NCBI GenBank assembly: GCA_049999805.1
Contig: JBNGIO010006005.1
Span: forward strand, 52,691-116,690
Direction of reading: 5' to 3'
DNA length: 64,000 bases
Origin: Folioceros fuciformis
Taxonomy: Eukaryota
Below, one piece after another: positions 13,977 through 25,636 of this stretch; the stretch's first letter is position 1; every line of letters begins with the position of its first letter. The notes under the pieces were generated by a model, which ran no database searches, was not told where the DNA came from, and saw nothing but the letters and a program-made list of their open reading frames with translations. A program made the translations under genes and the position numbers.

Positions 13977-14535
13977 ATGAACTCTAGGATTTTTGCTCGA
14001 CCTTGTATCCAAGTGTTGAGAATTGCACCATCAACTTTTCACACCACGATGAGATTTCTCTTAGGTTTGACCCACCACTTGGCTTTTTTCTCTCTCTACA
14101 TGTGTTGTGGGGTTGTCATTGTCAACATAGGGTCCCATCTAGCATGTTGTTCCGTCGGGGGGGGGGCACAACATTGCTGTGCATGATGCAGTTCAGGATG
14201 TCATGTTCTCAATGGCTAGGGAATGTAGGTTTCTTTCCTATAGAGAACGTTCATATACTTTGCGTGATAGGGTTTTACTTAGAGCCAACCTTTTTTTCAC
14301 TAGAGGGAAACATGTTTGTGCCGCAGATGTAGGTGTTATGATAGTGGGATTCAATTTTAGGAGCACATCATCATCAACCTCCTTGGATGAGCAGCAACAA
14401 CGGAGGGTTGTGCAATCACTGAAGTCCATAATTATTCTCCCCTGCAAGACATACATACATTTATCCCCCTTGCGTTTGACACTCGTGGGGCTATGGGCAA
14501 GGAATTTTCAAGGCTTATCAAAGAATGCGCCAAGG
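13977..14535 (+). mobile_element. Degenerate non-LTR retrotransposon 3' fragment with restriction-like endonuclease (RLE; CRE-like)
   Basis: Frameshifted translation gives FARP...LRI...F...MRFLLGL, CCG...GSHLACCSVGG (CCHC knuckle), HDAVQD...AREC...RANL...ADVGV and FIPLAFDTRGAMGKEF, the usual RLE motif order. Confidence 0.7.
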
Positions 14536-14539
14536 TTTA

Positions 14540-14646
14540 CTGGAGCAATAGAAATGGCGTTCACGCTCTTTCAACTGGAGCAATAGAAATGGCGTTCATG
14601 CTCTTTCATCTGGAGCAATAGAAATGGCGTTCACGCTCTTTCATCT
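14540..14646. repeat. 3 x 35-bp tandem repeat
   Basis: CTGGAGCAATAGAAATGGCGTTCA(C/T)GCTCTTTCA at 14540, 14575, 14610. Confidence 0.95.
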
Positions 14647-15265
14647 GTGATGGCCTTCTTTCCTGTGTGGTGGCCTTCTTTTGACAACATTATGATATTT
14701 TGGGAGCAGTAGGTAGTTTTTGAGAATGATGTTTGAAGGGGCTAGTACCTTTTTGGCTTTTGGCCCTGCTTAGGTTGTTCTTCAAATCTTTGGAGTGGAT
14801 GGTACTTTCCATTTCTTTTTCAATAAAAAATACTCTTAAAATTTTATAAAATTTTATTATATATATTTATTTATTATAATTTATCTATTCATATTACTTT
14901 AGTTATATTGTTTATACTCATAATAGGTGAAGATGATTTGGCCATGGATTTTGTTGAATTTGTCTAAAAACAAAGTCCTATTGTCTATTGGATCATGAAT
15001 TTTGAATCCACTAATTATAAAGAAATATTACATCGATAAAACCAACAGAAACTAGCACATATACATGCCACATATGGAAGTTTGCAATGATATCATTCTA
15101 TTTCTTTTAGTAATGAATATTATAATATAAAACTATTATTATTTTTAAAATTGTTTTCAATATTAGTCAACAATTTTATTCTTTTCAACTTTTGTCCAGA
15201 CATCAGCTATAAAGAAAACCCAAACTTTTGTGATCTTATAGGGTGGTGAGAAAGGTGTGAAAGTC

Positions 15266-15754
15266 ATGGGATATGTTAGATCACTTATTTTTCTCTACTA
15301 TACCATAATAATATTAATTTCATCTATATTGGGTCAAAAGATATGTATATGTGGATTGCCTCAATTTCCTTTTGTGGGCAAAACTTGTGTTGGGTTTGCA
15401 GGTCCAAATATATACGATAATGCTGTTGCAAAGCTTATTGATAATTTGGCTATAAATACCACGACTCAAAGTCAAAACAATTGTCTTATAACCTCGAAAG
15501 AGGTAGCAACAACTGTAGATGTGCACATGCGAGCTATTGGTGAAGGTTGTTGTGTACAAGCTTTACTTCAAGATGAGTGTGTTCAGTGTCTACAAGAAAT
15601 CAAATCACATATATTCAAAGAATGTGGGCCTGCTTTTGCTGCAACATATGAGTTAAGTGGATGTATAATAAAATATACAGTTACCACGAATAGAGAGAGT
15701 CTTTATTTTGACTTTGGCCCAATTGATGAGAAGAAATTTGAGAAAATATTTTAA
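15266..15754 (+). CDS. Secreted single-DUF26 (Gnk2-homologous) cysteine-rich protein, CRRSP type
   Basis: Hydrophobic N-terminus (LIFLYYTIIILISSILG), exact C-X8-C-X2-C motif (C-VQALLQDE-C-VQ-C), downstream C...CIIKY; intronless; ATG at 15266. Confidence 0.8.
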   Translation: MGYVRSLIFLYYTIIILISSILGQKICICGLPQFPFVGKTCVGFAGPNIYDNAVAKLIDNLAINTTTQSQNNCLITSKEVATTVDVHMRAIGEGCCVQALLQDECVQCLQEIKSHIFKECGPAFAATYELSGCIIKYTVTTNRESLYFDFGPIDEKKFEKIF

Positions 15755-17281
15755 TGTAATGAATTTTAGTTATCCTGTTCACTCGTGTATATATATATAT
15801 ATATATATTAATATAATTATATAACTTTAAAAAATATAAATTAAATATAGGAGAAATTAAGAAAGGATTACAAGGTAAAGTTTTTTAATATTATGAATAA
15901 TAGAAAATATTTTAAATGAATAAAAAAAATAAAGCCCTCCTATGGAATACCGGAGGCTCCTTTTTAATATAGGCTCCTTTTTTTGATGGAATACTTAGAA
16001 TATATGTGAATATTCTATGACATCTAAGGAATATTCCTGTATACACCGTATAACAATTTTGTTTAAATATCTCTAACCTCTTTGTGGACTGAAAGAGACA
16101 CAACGGTTTTCTTAAGTTTCTGGCATAGCATTCCAGAACAATCGGGAGCTCCTGAATCTCTTCCCGTCCTCGCTGCGCACACTACTAGTGCACAGTGCTA
16201 GTAGCGGGTGAATTTGATGTCTGGGTGCTTGGAAACAGGCTAACACCAAAAGCGTGGTTCTGAATCCAGAGGGGAGCGAGGACCAGACCACTTGGCATGA
16301 ATTCCGCCCCAACCGGCCGGTTTCTCCCGAGCACTTGCAAGGTGATGATTTTAGCATCTGACATGCTCCAGCTGGATGCAAGAGCAAGTGCAGCACCAAG
16401 CAGCTTGGAATCCACCCCCGCCGGCTTACACCGGTCGTCGAACCAGAGGACCTGCTTAGACTTCCTGTTTCGAGCCTCCTGAGATTGACTGCGATCTTGG
16501 AGCAATGCAAAGTCCAACGCAAACTTCTCCCACAAGAATTGCTGGTCGATGGAAGGCCAGCTAGAACTCCAGTTGCATGGATACCAAATGGGCAGCCAAA
16601 TTGCTACACCTGGCAGCTTTGTTGTGTGCCAACATCTGCTTCTGTGAAGTCAGCTGGGTGAAAGGCCTCCTTAGCAAGCCTGTCACCCTCCACACAGCCA
16701 TGGCTCTCGCATGAACCTACGGATGCTGTGTCCCCCCACTCGCCCCAGAGCTTGCTCTAGAGCTACACCTGGCTGGGACCCATCCCGATCGGGACACCTA
16801 CTTTGTGCCCTATGACTGCAGCGGGCACAAACATTATCTTTGCACCGAATACCGCCGCCCTAAAATTTCTATGAAAGAACCCTGATCCGTATCGGTATTC
16901 TGTATTTGCCTATGATGTTTTAAGAACAAGAAGAGTAAGTAACTTTCGTTTACTCCAACTTCCATGTTCTTTTATTGGCTGTTCCCTTTAACATGGGCTT
17001 TCTTTCTATATTTATTAATTTTAAATAAAAATGAGTTATTTTCTCTTTTTTAAAGCAAAATAGACTAGACATAAAGAAGGGTTAGGTGCTACGAAGGCAA
17101 ATTGGACGGCTCCTAAACAATCCATACGTTACTGTATCAATAATAATTGGACAAAGATGTCGCTGTTTTCCGACAAAGACTAATTCTACCAAACGCGGAA
17201 GCGTAGAGGGTGAAGGAAGCAAGGCTCCGGTTGAGACTGGGAGGATGGAATGATCTTGGGACGGAGTTGAGTGTGACGAGC

Positions 17282-19170
17282 ATGGCAGGCTGTTGGCGCG
17301 CCGTGGGCCCTTCTGTAGGCGGGCTGTCCATGGCTCCCGGATGGCAGGGCTTGTTGCAACCCTGCACAGTGTGCCCCTTCACCTGTGCGCCTGCCCAGAA
17401 GCTGAGGAGGCTTGTGAAAGGGAAGCAGCTCCAGCGTTCTAGATTTCCTCCACCATCCCGAATGGTTGTGGTGGGAATGGGATTGCAGGCTGACAATGAG
17501 GACGTGACTGTAGCAACGGACGACGAAGGTTTTAAGACAGCAGTCACTGTTTGATGCTGTGGACTGGACTGGGCTGGCCTGGCCTGGGGTGTTTTGCGTT
17601 TTCTGAGAGGGGATTCCCGCCCCGCAGGTGTGAATTTTTCTGGCCAGGGGCCGGAAGATGAGGGGCTGGCCTCGCTCCAGGAGGAGAAGAGGAAGATGGA
17701 AATCCAAGCTCGTCTTTTGCTTTTCCTGGTGCCTATCATGTGGGGAACCTATGCTCCTTCAATGCGCTTCATCTACGCGCAACCAGTCGCGCCCTCTCCC
17801 AGTGTACTGACCTTCACTCGGAAAGGTTTGTTGCAAGTATGGCGCTTTGGAGGATGGTATGCGTGAGGACGCGTGCGCTGTACTGCTTTCCTGCCTCTCT
17901 CACACTGTCGGGCTTGTGCAATGCTGTGGTGCAGTCTTGTCTGTACTGTTCGTCTTCTTCGTGCTCCCAGCTGGGCAATCAGGAGAGGATAGTATTACGC
18001 CCACATCAGGCTCGTACGGAGCATCCAATTCTGATGTCCCACAATCGTCCCTGCTGGGAGAAGCTGGCATGGAGTGGGCAGCTGCTGCGGAACTGGGCCT
18101 GGAAAGCTTCCTGGGCACTGCATTGCAAGTGGGTCGGCTTTCCTTTGCCCACATTTTATGCCTGCTCCGTTGTGCTTCCTTTGTCTCATGAGCTCTCATC
18201 AGACAGTGGGGTTGGAGAGCACGACGGCCACCAGGGCATCATTTCTGCTGCAGTCCATCACCATCTTCGTGCCGCTGCTATCGGCGGCGTTTGGAGCGAA
18301 AGTGAGCCTCACAATGTGGGTCGCTGCGACCATAGCGCTGTGTGGCGTCACCTTCCTCACCTTATCCCGTGGAGAGGTACCTGTGGACGAGCTGTTTAGT
18401 AGTGTGTGCAGGTAGACGAGTCTCGGGTCTCCGTTTCTACTGCTCCCTGCTGCCTTTAGTCCATCCTCAGACCAGCAGTCTTGCCTGGCTGCAGCGGCGA
18501 TCTAGAATGCTCGGGGTTGCACATCAGCGTGGGAGATTTGGCCGTACTGGGAGCAGCGGCCTTCTACGCGCTTGGCACAGTTAGACTGGGCTTTCATGCT
18601 ATTCAAGTGAACCCAGTGCAGCTGGCCGGGAAGGTGATAGCTGTCACTTCCGTCTTCTCCGCCTTCTGGGTGCTGTTGGATCTTAGCAGAGCTGTATTAG
18701 ATGGTATTCCCGTGAACACAAGCTATCCATTTCGGATCCAGAGTATGCAGGAACAGAGGAAGAGGCAGAGGCTGACAGTACGTTGCCATTGTTGCAGGGC
18801 AAGAGCTCGGAGCCGGGTGGGAGGGCCTGGGGACGTGGAGCGTGTTAGGTGCCGTCATCTTCTCTGCTATCGTGCCTGGAACCCTGGCAGCTGTGGCCCA
18901 AACTACGGGCCAGAAAATTGTCCCTGCTTCTGAGGCCCAGGTATACCAACCTTAACCTCTTGTGTCTTGTTGCAAACACTGGCAGAGCCGAGTATGACGT
19001 GATCTGGTTGCCAGGTGTACTTCTCTCTCCAACCCTTGTGGTCTGCGGCATTTGCATCCCTTTGGCTGGACGAGAGACTCAGCCCCTCGGGCTGGATAGC
19101 AGGAATCGTGGTGCTTTCTGCCGGTCTTCTGGCAAGTTATGATACTCAAAGGACAAAGAGTGGAGCGTGA
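17282..19170 (+). CDS. EamA/DMT-superfamily transporter with probable transit peptide (7 exons)
   Basis: LLLFLVPIMWGTYAP, ELGLESFLGTALQ|TVGLESTTATRASFL...IFVPLL, GDLAVLGAAAFYA, AQTTGQKIVPASEAQ|VYFSLQPLWSAAFA...ERL; stop TGA at 19168-19170. Confidence 0.88.
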
Positions 19171-19328
19171 CGGAGACAGAGAACTTCGAGATAGCTGTAG
19201 GAGGACCCCAAAATTATATTATATCTTCCTCTCACACAGTGGAAGAAAAACCCCCGTGCGTTCTGTACAATGTGGTACAAGGAAGGCAACAGAGCGTTTC
19301 AATGTCGACGAGTTACCAACACACAATA

Positions 19329-21555
19329 TCACCTGCTAGGGTGCACTCCGGCTATCGAGTGCAACAGAAGATCATCCTCATTGAACTCCACGTCGCCAAG
19401 AATATCTTCCATGGAAATTTCTTTGCTGGGGTCAAGCAACTCCTCCGCGGAATGCCTGTGTTGATGTTGCATGTCGAACATGGTGATGACCGTGGTCGCA
19501 AGCATCACCAGCTGGAAATCACTCAAGAACAGCTGATCAGTTATCGACTTACACCTGATTCCTTTTTTTTGTGGAAAACTCAGACGCCACTCACAGATCC
19601 GAAGAGCCCCACGACTTTGCTAACAGCGCCGGCGCTCCTTACTCCTGTGCTCATTCGATTCACCATCGTCTGCTTACAGCGAACATAATTAGTTAGGCTA
19701 GGCTGTACCTCTTGGATGGAGGCAGGGGCGTTAGCCTGAAAGGTTTCCTCATGGCACCTGATGAATCATCACACATATCAGAGCTCCACACAGGCGCAAC
19801 ATGTATGACATGAGGAATGCCACAGCAGCTCCAAACTGCACCAGAGTTTACAGTATAGTGAGACAACTGAGTCTACATATGCACAACCTTGAAACAAAAA
19901 CACTCAAGCCAAAGCACACATCCGAGGTGGGCTGGGTACTCACAAGGGAAATAAGAAAGACGCTAAGAAGGGATAAAGGGTGCCTGGAGAAAAAATTCAG
20001 GGCACTAAGAACATGCCTCTCCAGCAAAAAAGCTGTTCTGGAAAATCAACAAAACAAATCAAATTACAAGAGCACAAGGTCTGAAACGGTGCAAGGCACC
20101 AAGTCTCGGTCTCAACATCATCGGCATTACATATAGTTACCCACACTTCATATGCAAATGAGCATTACCAGTCAGATTGATGGACGACGCAATTAGCGAG
20201 ATGAAGAGGACCTGATCCAAAACAGTCGTATTGAACTCCCTAAACAGCTTTTCCTGGAAGGTCTGGTTGAGCCCGAGAGTGCTGTACAAATAACCACAAG
20301 GAATACATTTACACCACCACCATATGACAGCCACAGGTTTATGCACACTGATCATGAACATGCTGTAGTATATCAACCAGGGGAACTGTGGGCGGGCAGC
20401 CTGAAAGAATGTGACTGAAAACTGGGCAAGAAATTGGCACAAGTCACATTCAGCCACAACTGAAACGGACAGGTACGTCCTGTACATGGAGCTACTTACA
20501 CACCCAAGATATAGCAACGCCAAGGGTAATCCACCGAATGAGTGGTACCACTGAGCCTTACTCTCGTTTGCTGATGTGCCCTGGAAGTAAATCGATCGCA
20601 GAGTCAGCATAGATCGGGTGCACACATTGAATAGAACTAAGCGTCGTGTTGTGGCAGGGAAGTCGTGAAAAATCGGTTACCCATGGCGTGACAGAAGTCA
20701 TACACCCCAGAATAAAAATTACACCGATCAGCCAGCTCCTCCAAGAATAGGTGACCTTCATCAGCCCCATTTGCCACACCTAACAAGACACAAAAGATTT
20801 TTCAGGCCCATCCTTGCACAACAGCGCGTGACTGAAAAGGGCCGGCAATGCCCATGCGGCATGAGACACATCGAAAGCAGTACCATGACAGCGACAACAA
20901 TGAAGCACTGCCATGAAAGATTCACCGACGCATTTAGCTGGCCCAGCTGATGACAAAAATGACGATGAGTCAGAAATTGGACTTCTGTGAGACAAAGAAG
21001 ATATACATGAAAACAGCACACGGATGTCTGTACCTTCATCTCAAATCCAGCTGCAACAGCACCCGAAATGGCTATAATCACATACGAGTATATCGGAGCA
21101 GCAGGAACGAATTCCCTGGACTGGACCTGCAGCAAGAATCAAATCATCCCCCCACACCAACCACACCAGAAAAGGCGGCCTTCAGGGACAGTGAGAGCTC
21201 TGGCAAATACCACAGTCAAGACCGTCGCAGCTAGCGTGGTGATGACACTGGTGCAAAGGTTGGTGAAAGACGAAAAAGCGAGAAAGCTCTCCTTGTCCGT
21301 CCCATAGGTTTGGGCCGCAGCCAAGGCCTGCGGCAGCATCGAAAAGCGAGCATCATGCATCAGGCAAGACAATCCCGCGTGGTAACACAACTGAGGCCCC
21401 CCGAGACTCACCTTGGTTAACCCCCGCGAGGTAAGCTGCAACACTCCCACGGCCAGAGCGGCCAGCGTGAGCTTCACCCATTCCCGACGCAGCAGAGCCC
21501 CGAGCTGCTGCACACGCGCCTCCGGCAGGGCCAGCGCGTTGCGCAGCCCGTCCAT
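19329..21555 (-). CDS. Highly divergent UAA/SLC35B (UTr5/PAPST1-like) nucleotide-sugar transporter homolog, ~10-11 exons; 5' extension possible
   Basis: Exons collinear with recalled UTr5: YGTDKESF, PAAPIYSYVII, VMVWQMGLMKVTY...LGC, YLG|TLGLNQTFQEKLF...DQVLF, HVLSALNFFSRH, MSYMLRLCGAL; GT-AG boundaries; 3' exons least certain. Confidence 0.7.
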
Positions 21556-22328
21556 GCTACAGTCGAACCACGCGAGCGACTCTGGCCGTGCACCGTCACC
21601 GCATCGGGGCTGCCCGAACGCCGTTGCCACACTGTCTGTACTCGGTGCCGCAGTACAGTCCCGCAGCCGCCCCGAAGCGGATAGGGCACACGGTGCCCAA
21701 CCCGCCCTGGTAGGCTGCACGGAGCGGTCGCGGTTAGGCAACCCCGACAACCCGGTACCCGGGCGGCCGGCGGGTTGGGAAGCTATCTGGAGGTACAGTT
21801 CCAGACAGAGATACAGTAATTAAGATGCATTGTAGCGACCAGCGGGTAACCACAGGTTAGTCAGTACAGTGCAGGACAGTAAAGTATGGACACGGATACT
21901 GTTCACCCACGTGGTGTTCTCGTACGTACATATATGCTTTCTATATATGTATGTACATACGTACATATTTTGGGCGCAAGGGCCCAGGAACAAAGCAGCT
22001 AGCCGCAAGCAAGGCGAAGTGGAACAGATTCGCGAATTCTTCGGGTCTGCCGTTCTCAGTAGACCGGACTCGACTAGGGTGGATTAGACCAGATTGGATT
22101 CTTCGACCGTGGGAACGACACCCGAAAAAGCTCGTTGTTTCGACTCCCTGTGGCCCTTGGTAAGTTGTGAGTCGGTTAAAGTTATAATTCGTTCTTTCTG
22201 GTGCGGTAGTCCCATGGTGATGAGCATCGGCATCGGGGCGTGGAGACGACTCAAAAGAAAGGCGCCTAGGCTCGCGTTACCGAGATCGACCACCTCGGTG
22301 TCAAGCTCGAGCCGAGCTGAAGAGGCAG

Positions 22329-22366
22329 GTCGAAGTCGAGGTCGAGGTCGAGGTCGAGGCCGAGGT
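22329..22366. repeat. (GTCGAG)n hexamer microsatellite
   Basis: GTCGAAGTCGAGGTCGAGGTCGAGGTCGAGGCCGAGGT. Confidence 0.8.
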
Positions 22367-23037
22367 AGAGCCAGTCATCATCGATTCCAGCGGGGACCGA
22401 GGGGGCCCGAGAATGATGACGTAATGGTGTGTGCCCGCTCGATTCTATGATGCGCCAGAGCGGTCGTGATGCGAGCGACGCGCAAGGTTGTTAGCTCCCT
22501 GCGTCCGACTCCGACTATGACTCCCATTTCGTGTCCTTCCCTTGCTAGTGCTGGGAGAGGATGATTGGGGGCAACCGAGGCGAACGGATCGATTGCCTTG
22601 GCGTTGCGGAGGCTGCTCGCCTTGTCTTGCTTTGACCATCATATACAAAGCACGTACGCGAGCAGAAAAAGGACGGACGATTGGGCTGATGCGGGCCGTG
22701 CTGGAGGCATGCCATGGGGTCCGGTCGCTGTCTCGTTCCGCCCCTGGCGCGTCTGTGACACACAGATGTTAGTAATTGCCGGGGGAGCCTCTGCCTGACC
22801 AGACCACCGCAGCTCCAGGATATCGATGTGCGCCCGTGTGAGAAGAGAGAAGATTAATCGGGGCGGAAGCCAGGCTTGAAACAAGTTGAGCTCTCGGTGG
22901 CTCGCTGCCAAGCTGCAGCTGCGGCTGCGGCTGCTGCTGCTGCACTTGCCATTGGGCCCAGTTTTTCTCCTGCTCCAGCTGCAATTGGATGTGCAGGTGC
23001 ATGTGGAGAGGGATCCGTTGATCTGCTCTGGCTGGAG

Positions 23038-25085
23038 ATGGATGGTCTCACGGATTACGAGAGGCAGAGGCTGGAGAACATCCAGCGCAACAACGCGCGG
23101 CTCGCGCAGCTCGGGATGGACCTCGTGCTGGACGAGCTCAGGGCTGTAGCTACTCCCAAGAGGTGAGAGGACCGCTGCTTGCATGTTTTGTTTCTCTCGG
23201 CCGAGGAATTTGATTGCCTTCTCCCCTTCTCCGTCAAAGGCAAGTCTGTTGTGATTGCCTGAATCCGTCGAGGGCGGAGGATTGATGGGTTCTACCCTCC
23301 GGCTTCGGGGTTGTTTTTCGAATGAGATTTGTTGACAGTGAATGTCAGAGCGGTTTCTGTTGCGGAGCGGAGGGAAGGGGATGGTGAGCTTGTGGACTCG
23401 CCAATTTCCGGAGCCCGTTCAGCATTGACGCCCCCGCATTGCTGTGTGGAGTGCAGGGGACCGCCCAAAGGGTACAAGCGAGGCCAGAAGCGGGCTCGGG
23501 AGGTGCCCATGGTGTTACGGAGGTCGCTGCGCACCAAGCGAATGAGTCCCTATAGCAAGGGCCTAGAGGCAGGGTCCCCACAGCTGGCGAACACGAGCAA
23601 TGAGAGGGCTTTGGTCTGCGGTGTTCTGGTGCAAGGCCCTCGCCCGATGGTGACCGTTCGTATGACAGAGACAGCCAATTCAGAGTGTCCCGTGGATTTT
23701 CCGGCCGTACTGCGCAAGGAATTGGCAGCGCAGCCTCATGCCGACCGGTTATGGAAATCCAGATTCGATTACATCAACGACGAGCGTGTGCGAGAACGGG
23801 TTCGAAGTCTGAATTTGGACAAGTACGCGGTGGCCAAGATTGTGCCAGACCGGGTGTCTAGCCTCTTGTTTCTTCACCTCAGGAGCAGGGTGATTGTTGC
23901 AGCGGGAGACAAGGCGGGTCATGTAGGGTTTTGGGACACGGAATCCGGTGCTGTGGAATGGGAAGGTGTTCATATCTTCCGCCCTCATTCCGATATGGTA
24001 TCTGGGATTGCTAGCTCTCCAAACGACTATACCAAGGTGGTGTCTTCTGCTCGCTGCTGCGAATGCTTTTAGTTTTTTCGGTGTTTTAAGTTCACTGTGG
24101 TGACTGACTGACGGGTGCCCGTTTTCTCACGTGATTGTGCAGCTCCTGACCAGTAGTTCCGATGGATTTGTACTTCTCATGGACGTTGACAAGGCAGAGT
24201 TTTCTCAAATCTACCATTCACATGAGAGCTTGTCTGCTGTCACTTTTGCAGCGCATTCGGATGCTGTTGTGGCCTATGTTGCAGAGGGCGAAGGTTCACT
24301 CAAGGTCTTGGACGCTAGGCTGCCCGCATTGGCTTCTAGTTACAAGCTACATGATAGGAAAATAAATTCCATCGATGTTCACTCGGGTAGGCCATATTCC
24401 ATCACCACAAGCTCCGCCGACGGTAGAGCTGCAATTTGGGATGCCAGGAATTTGAAGGGGTGGGGCACCCAGACCATCGCAGAACTGTCACATAACAAAT
24501 CTGTGCACTCTGCCTACTTCTCGCCTTCTGGACACCAAGTTGCCACCACCAGGTAAACATATCTCACCACCCAGGTAACGAAACCTCAATTTGCAGCCAG
24601 GAAAATAATGTTAGTAAAGTTGGTCCAGGACCTGCTCATAAGCTCATCTCCCTTGTCTAACCAGAGATTTTGCTTGCAATTCCAGTTATGACGATCACGT
24701 CCGCCTGTGGAAACCCTTTGCTCGGGACAAAGATGAAGACAACGAAGTCAAGAAAATCTATCACTACAATCAGATTAATCGCTGGATAGCCCCTTTCCGG
24801 TAGGTTTGGCGCTTCTCAAGCAACCATTGCGCAGTAGAGTTTTATCCCCGTGATTGACACTTTGCATCTTGCAGGGCTATATGGGGGTGGAATGATAACT
24901 TACTTTTTATCGGAAACAAGGCTAAGTCAATTGACGTCTTTTCTGCTGTCACACGAACTTCCATGGGGAGCCTGAGTAGCCACTGGATGACCAGGATTCC
25001 CTACAGGCTAGCTTGCCACCCTCTTCTTCCGGGATGCATAGTTGGCGGGAGTTGGGGCGGGGAAGTGTACATCTGGCAGGCATGA
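23038..25085 (+). CDS. WDR76: WD40-repeat protein of the WDR76/Cmr1 (Arabidopsis DRS1) family, 5 exons
   Basis: LTDYERQRLENIQRN N-terminus, AAGDKAGHVGFWD, LHDRKINSID...TSSADGRAAIWDAR, HNKSVHSAYFSPSG, HYNQINRWIAPFRAIWGW, GGEVYIW; stop at 25083-25085. Confidence 0.9.
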
Positions 25086-25636
25086 ACAAGAACAACTCGA
25101 CAGTGAGATGCCCCGCGCAAACGACACGGGACGAGTTAGGTGCAAATTTTGAAGAGCTGCAAGCCTAACAAAGGGTTTGCCTATGCAATGAGGTCGTGGG
25201 ACACAGCAGCCCGGTGCAGCCTGTGAGATTGAGTTGAGTGCAGGGTGGGCTGAGAAATGGATTAGAATGTAGGCAGCAGCATCCCAATGCACCTGTAGAG
25301 CTACAGCGCGTCTCCAACAACTTGTACAGGCTGTACATAGATCTTTCATTGCTGGGGATTTCGCCTCTTCCTACGAAAAACATTAAGTGATTTATTGTGA
25401 CCTGGATGTTGTCTTGCCGACAACCAACTCTCCAGGTAAGGAAAAGCTCGTCAGTGATCGTATGCGGTGACGCTTTCCAAGGAAATGTTCAGTTTGGGAG
25501 AGGTGCTGATCTCCCCACGAAGCAGCAACAAAACGGAAGTTGGCTGGGATGCTCAGCAGAAAGGGGCGAGAATGCAATTGAATAATCTAAGAGCATGATT
25601 ACCACACCTAAAATGTCCGGCAGGCTTTCATCCTCA

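Noticed and set aside
16112-16900. GC-balanced block with 116-136 aa ORFs
   Set aside because: No recognisable homology or gene structure
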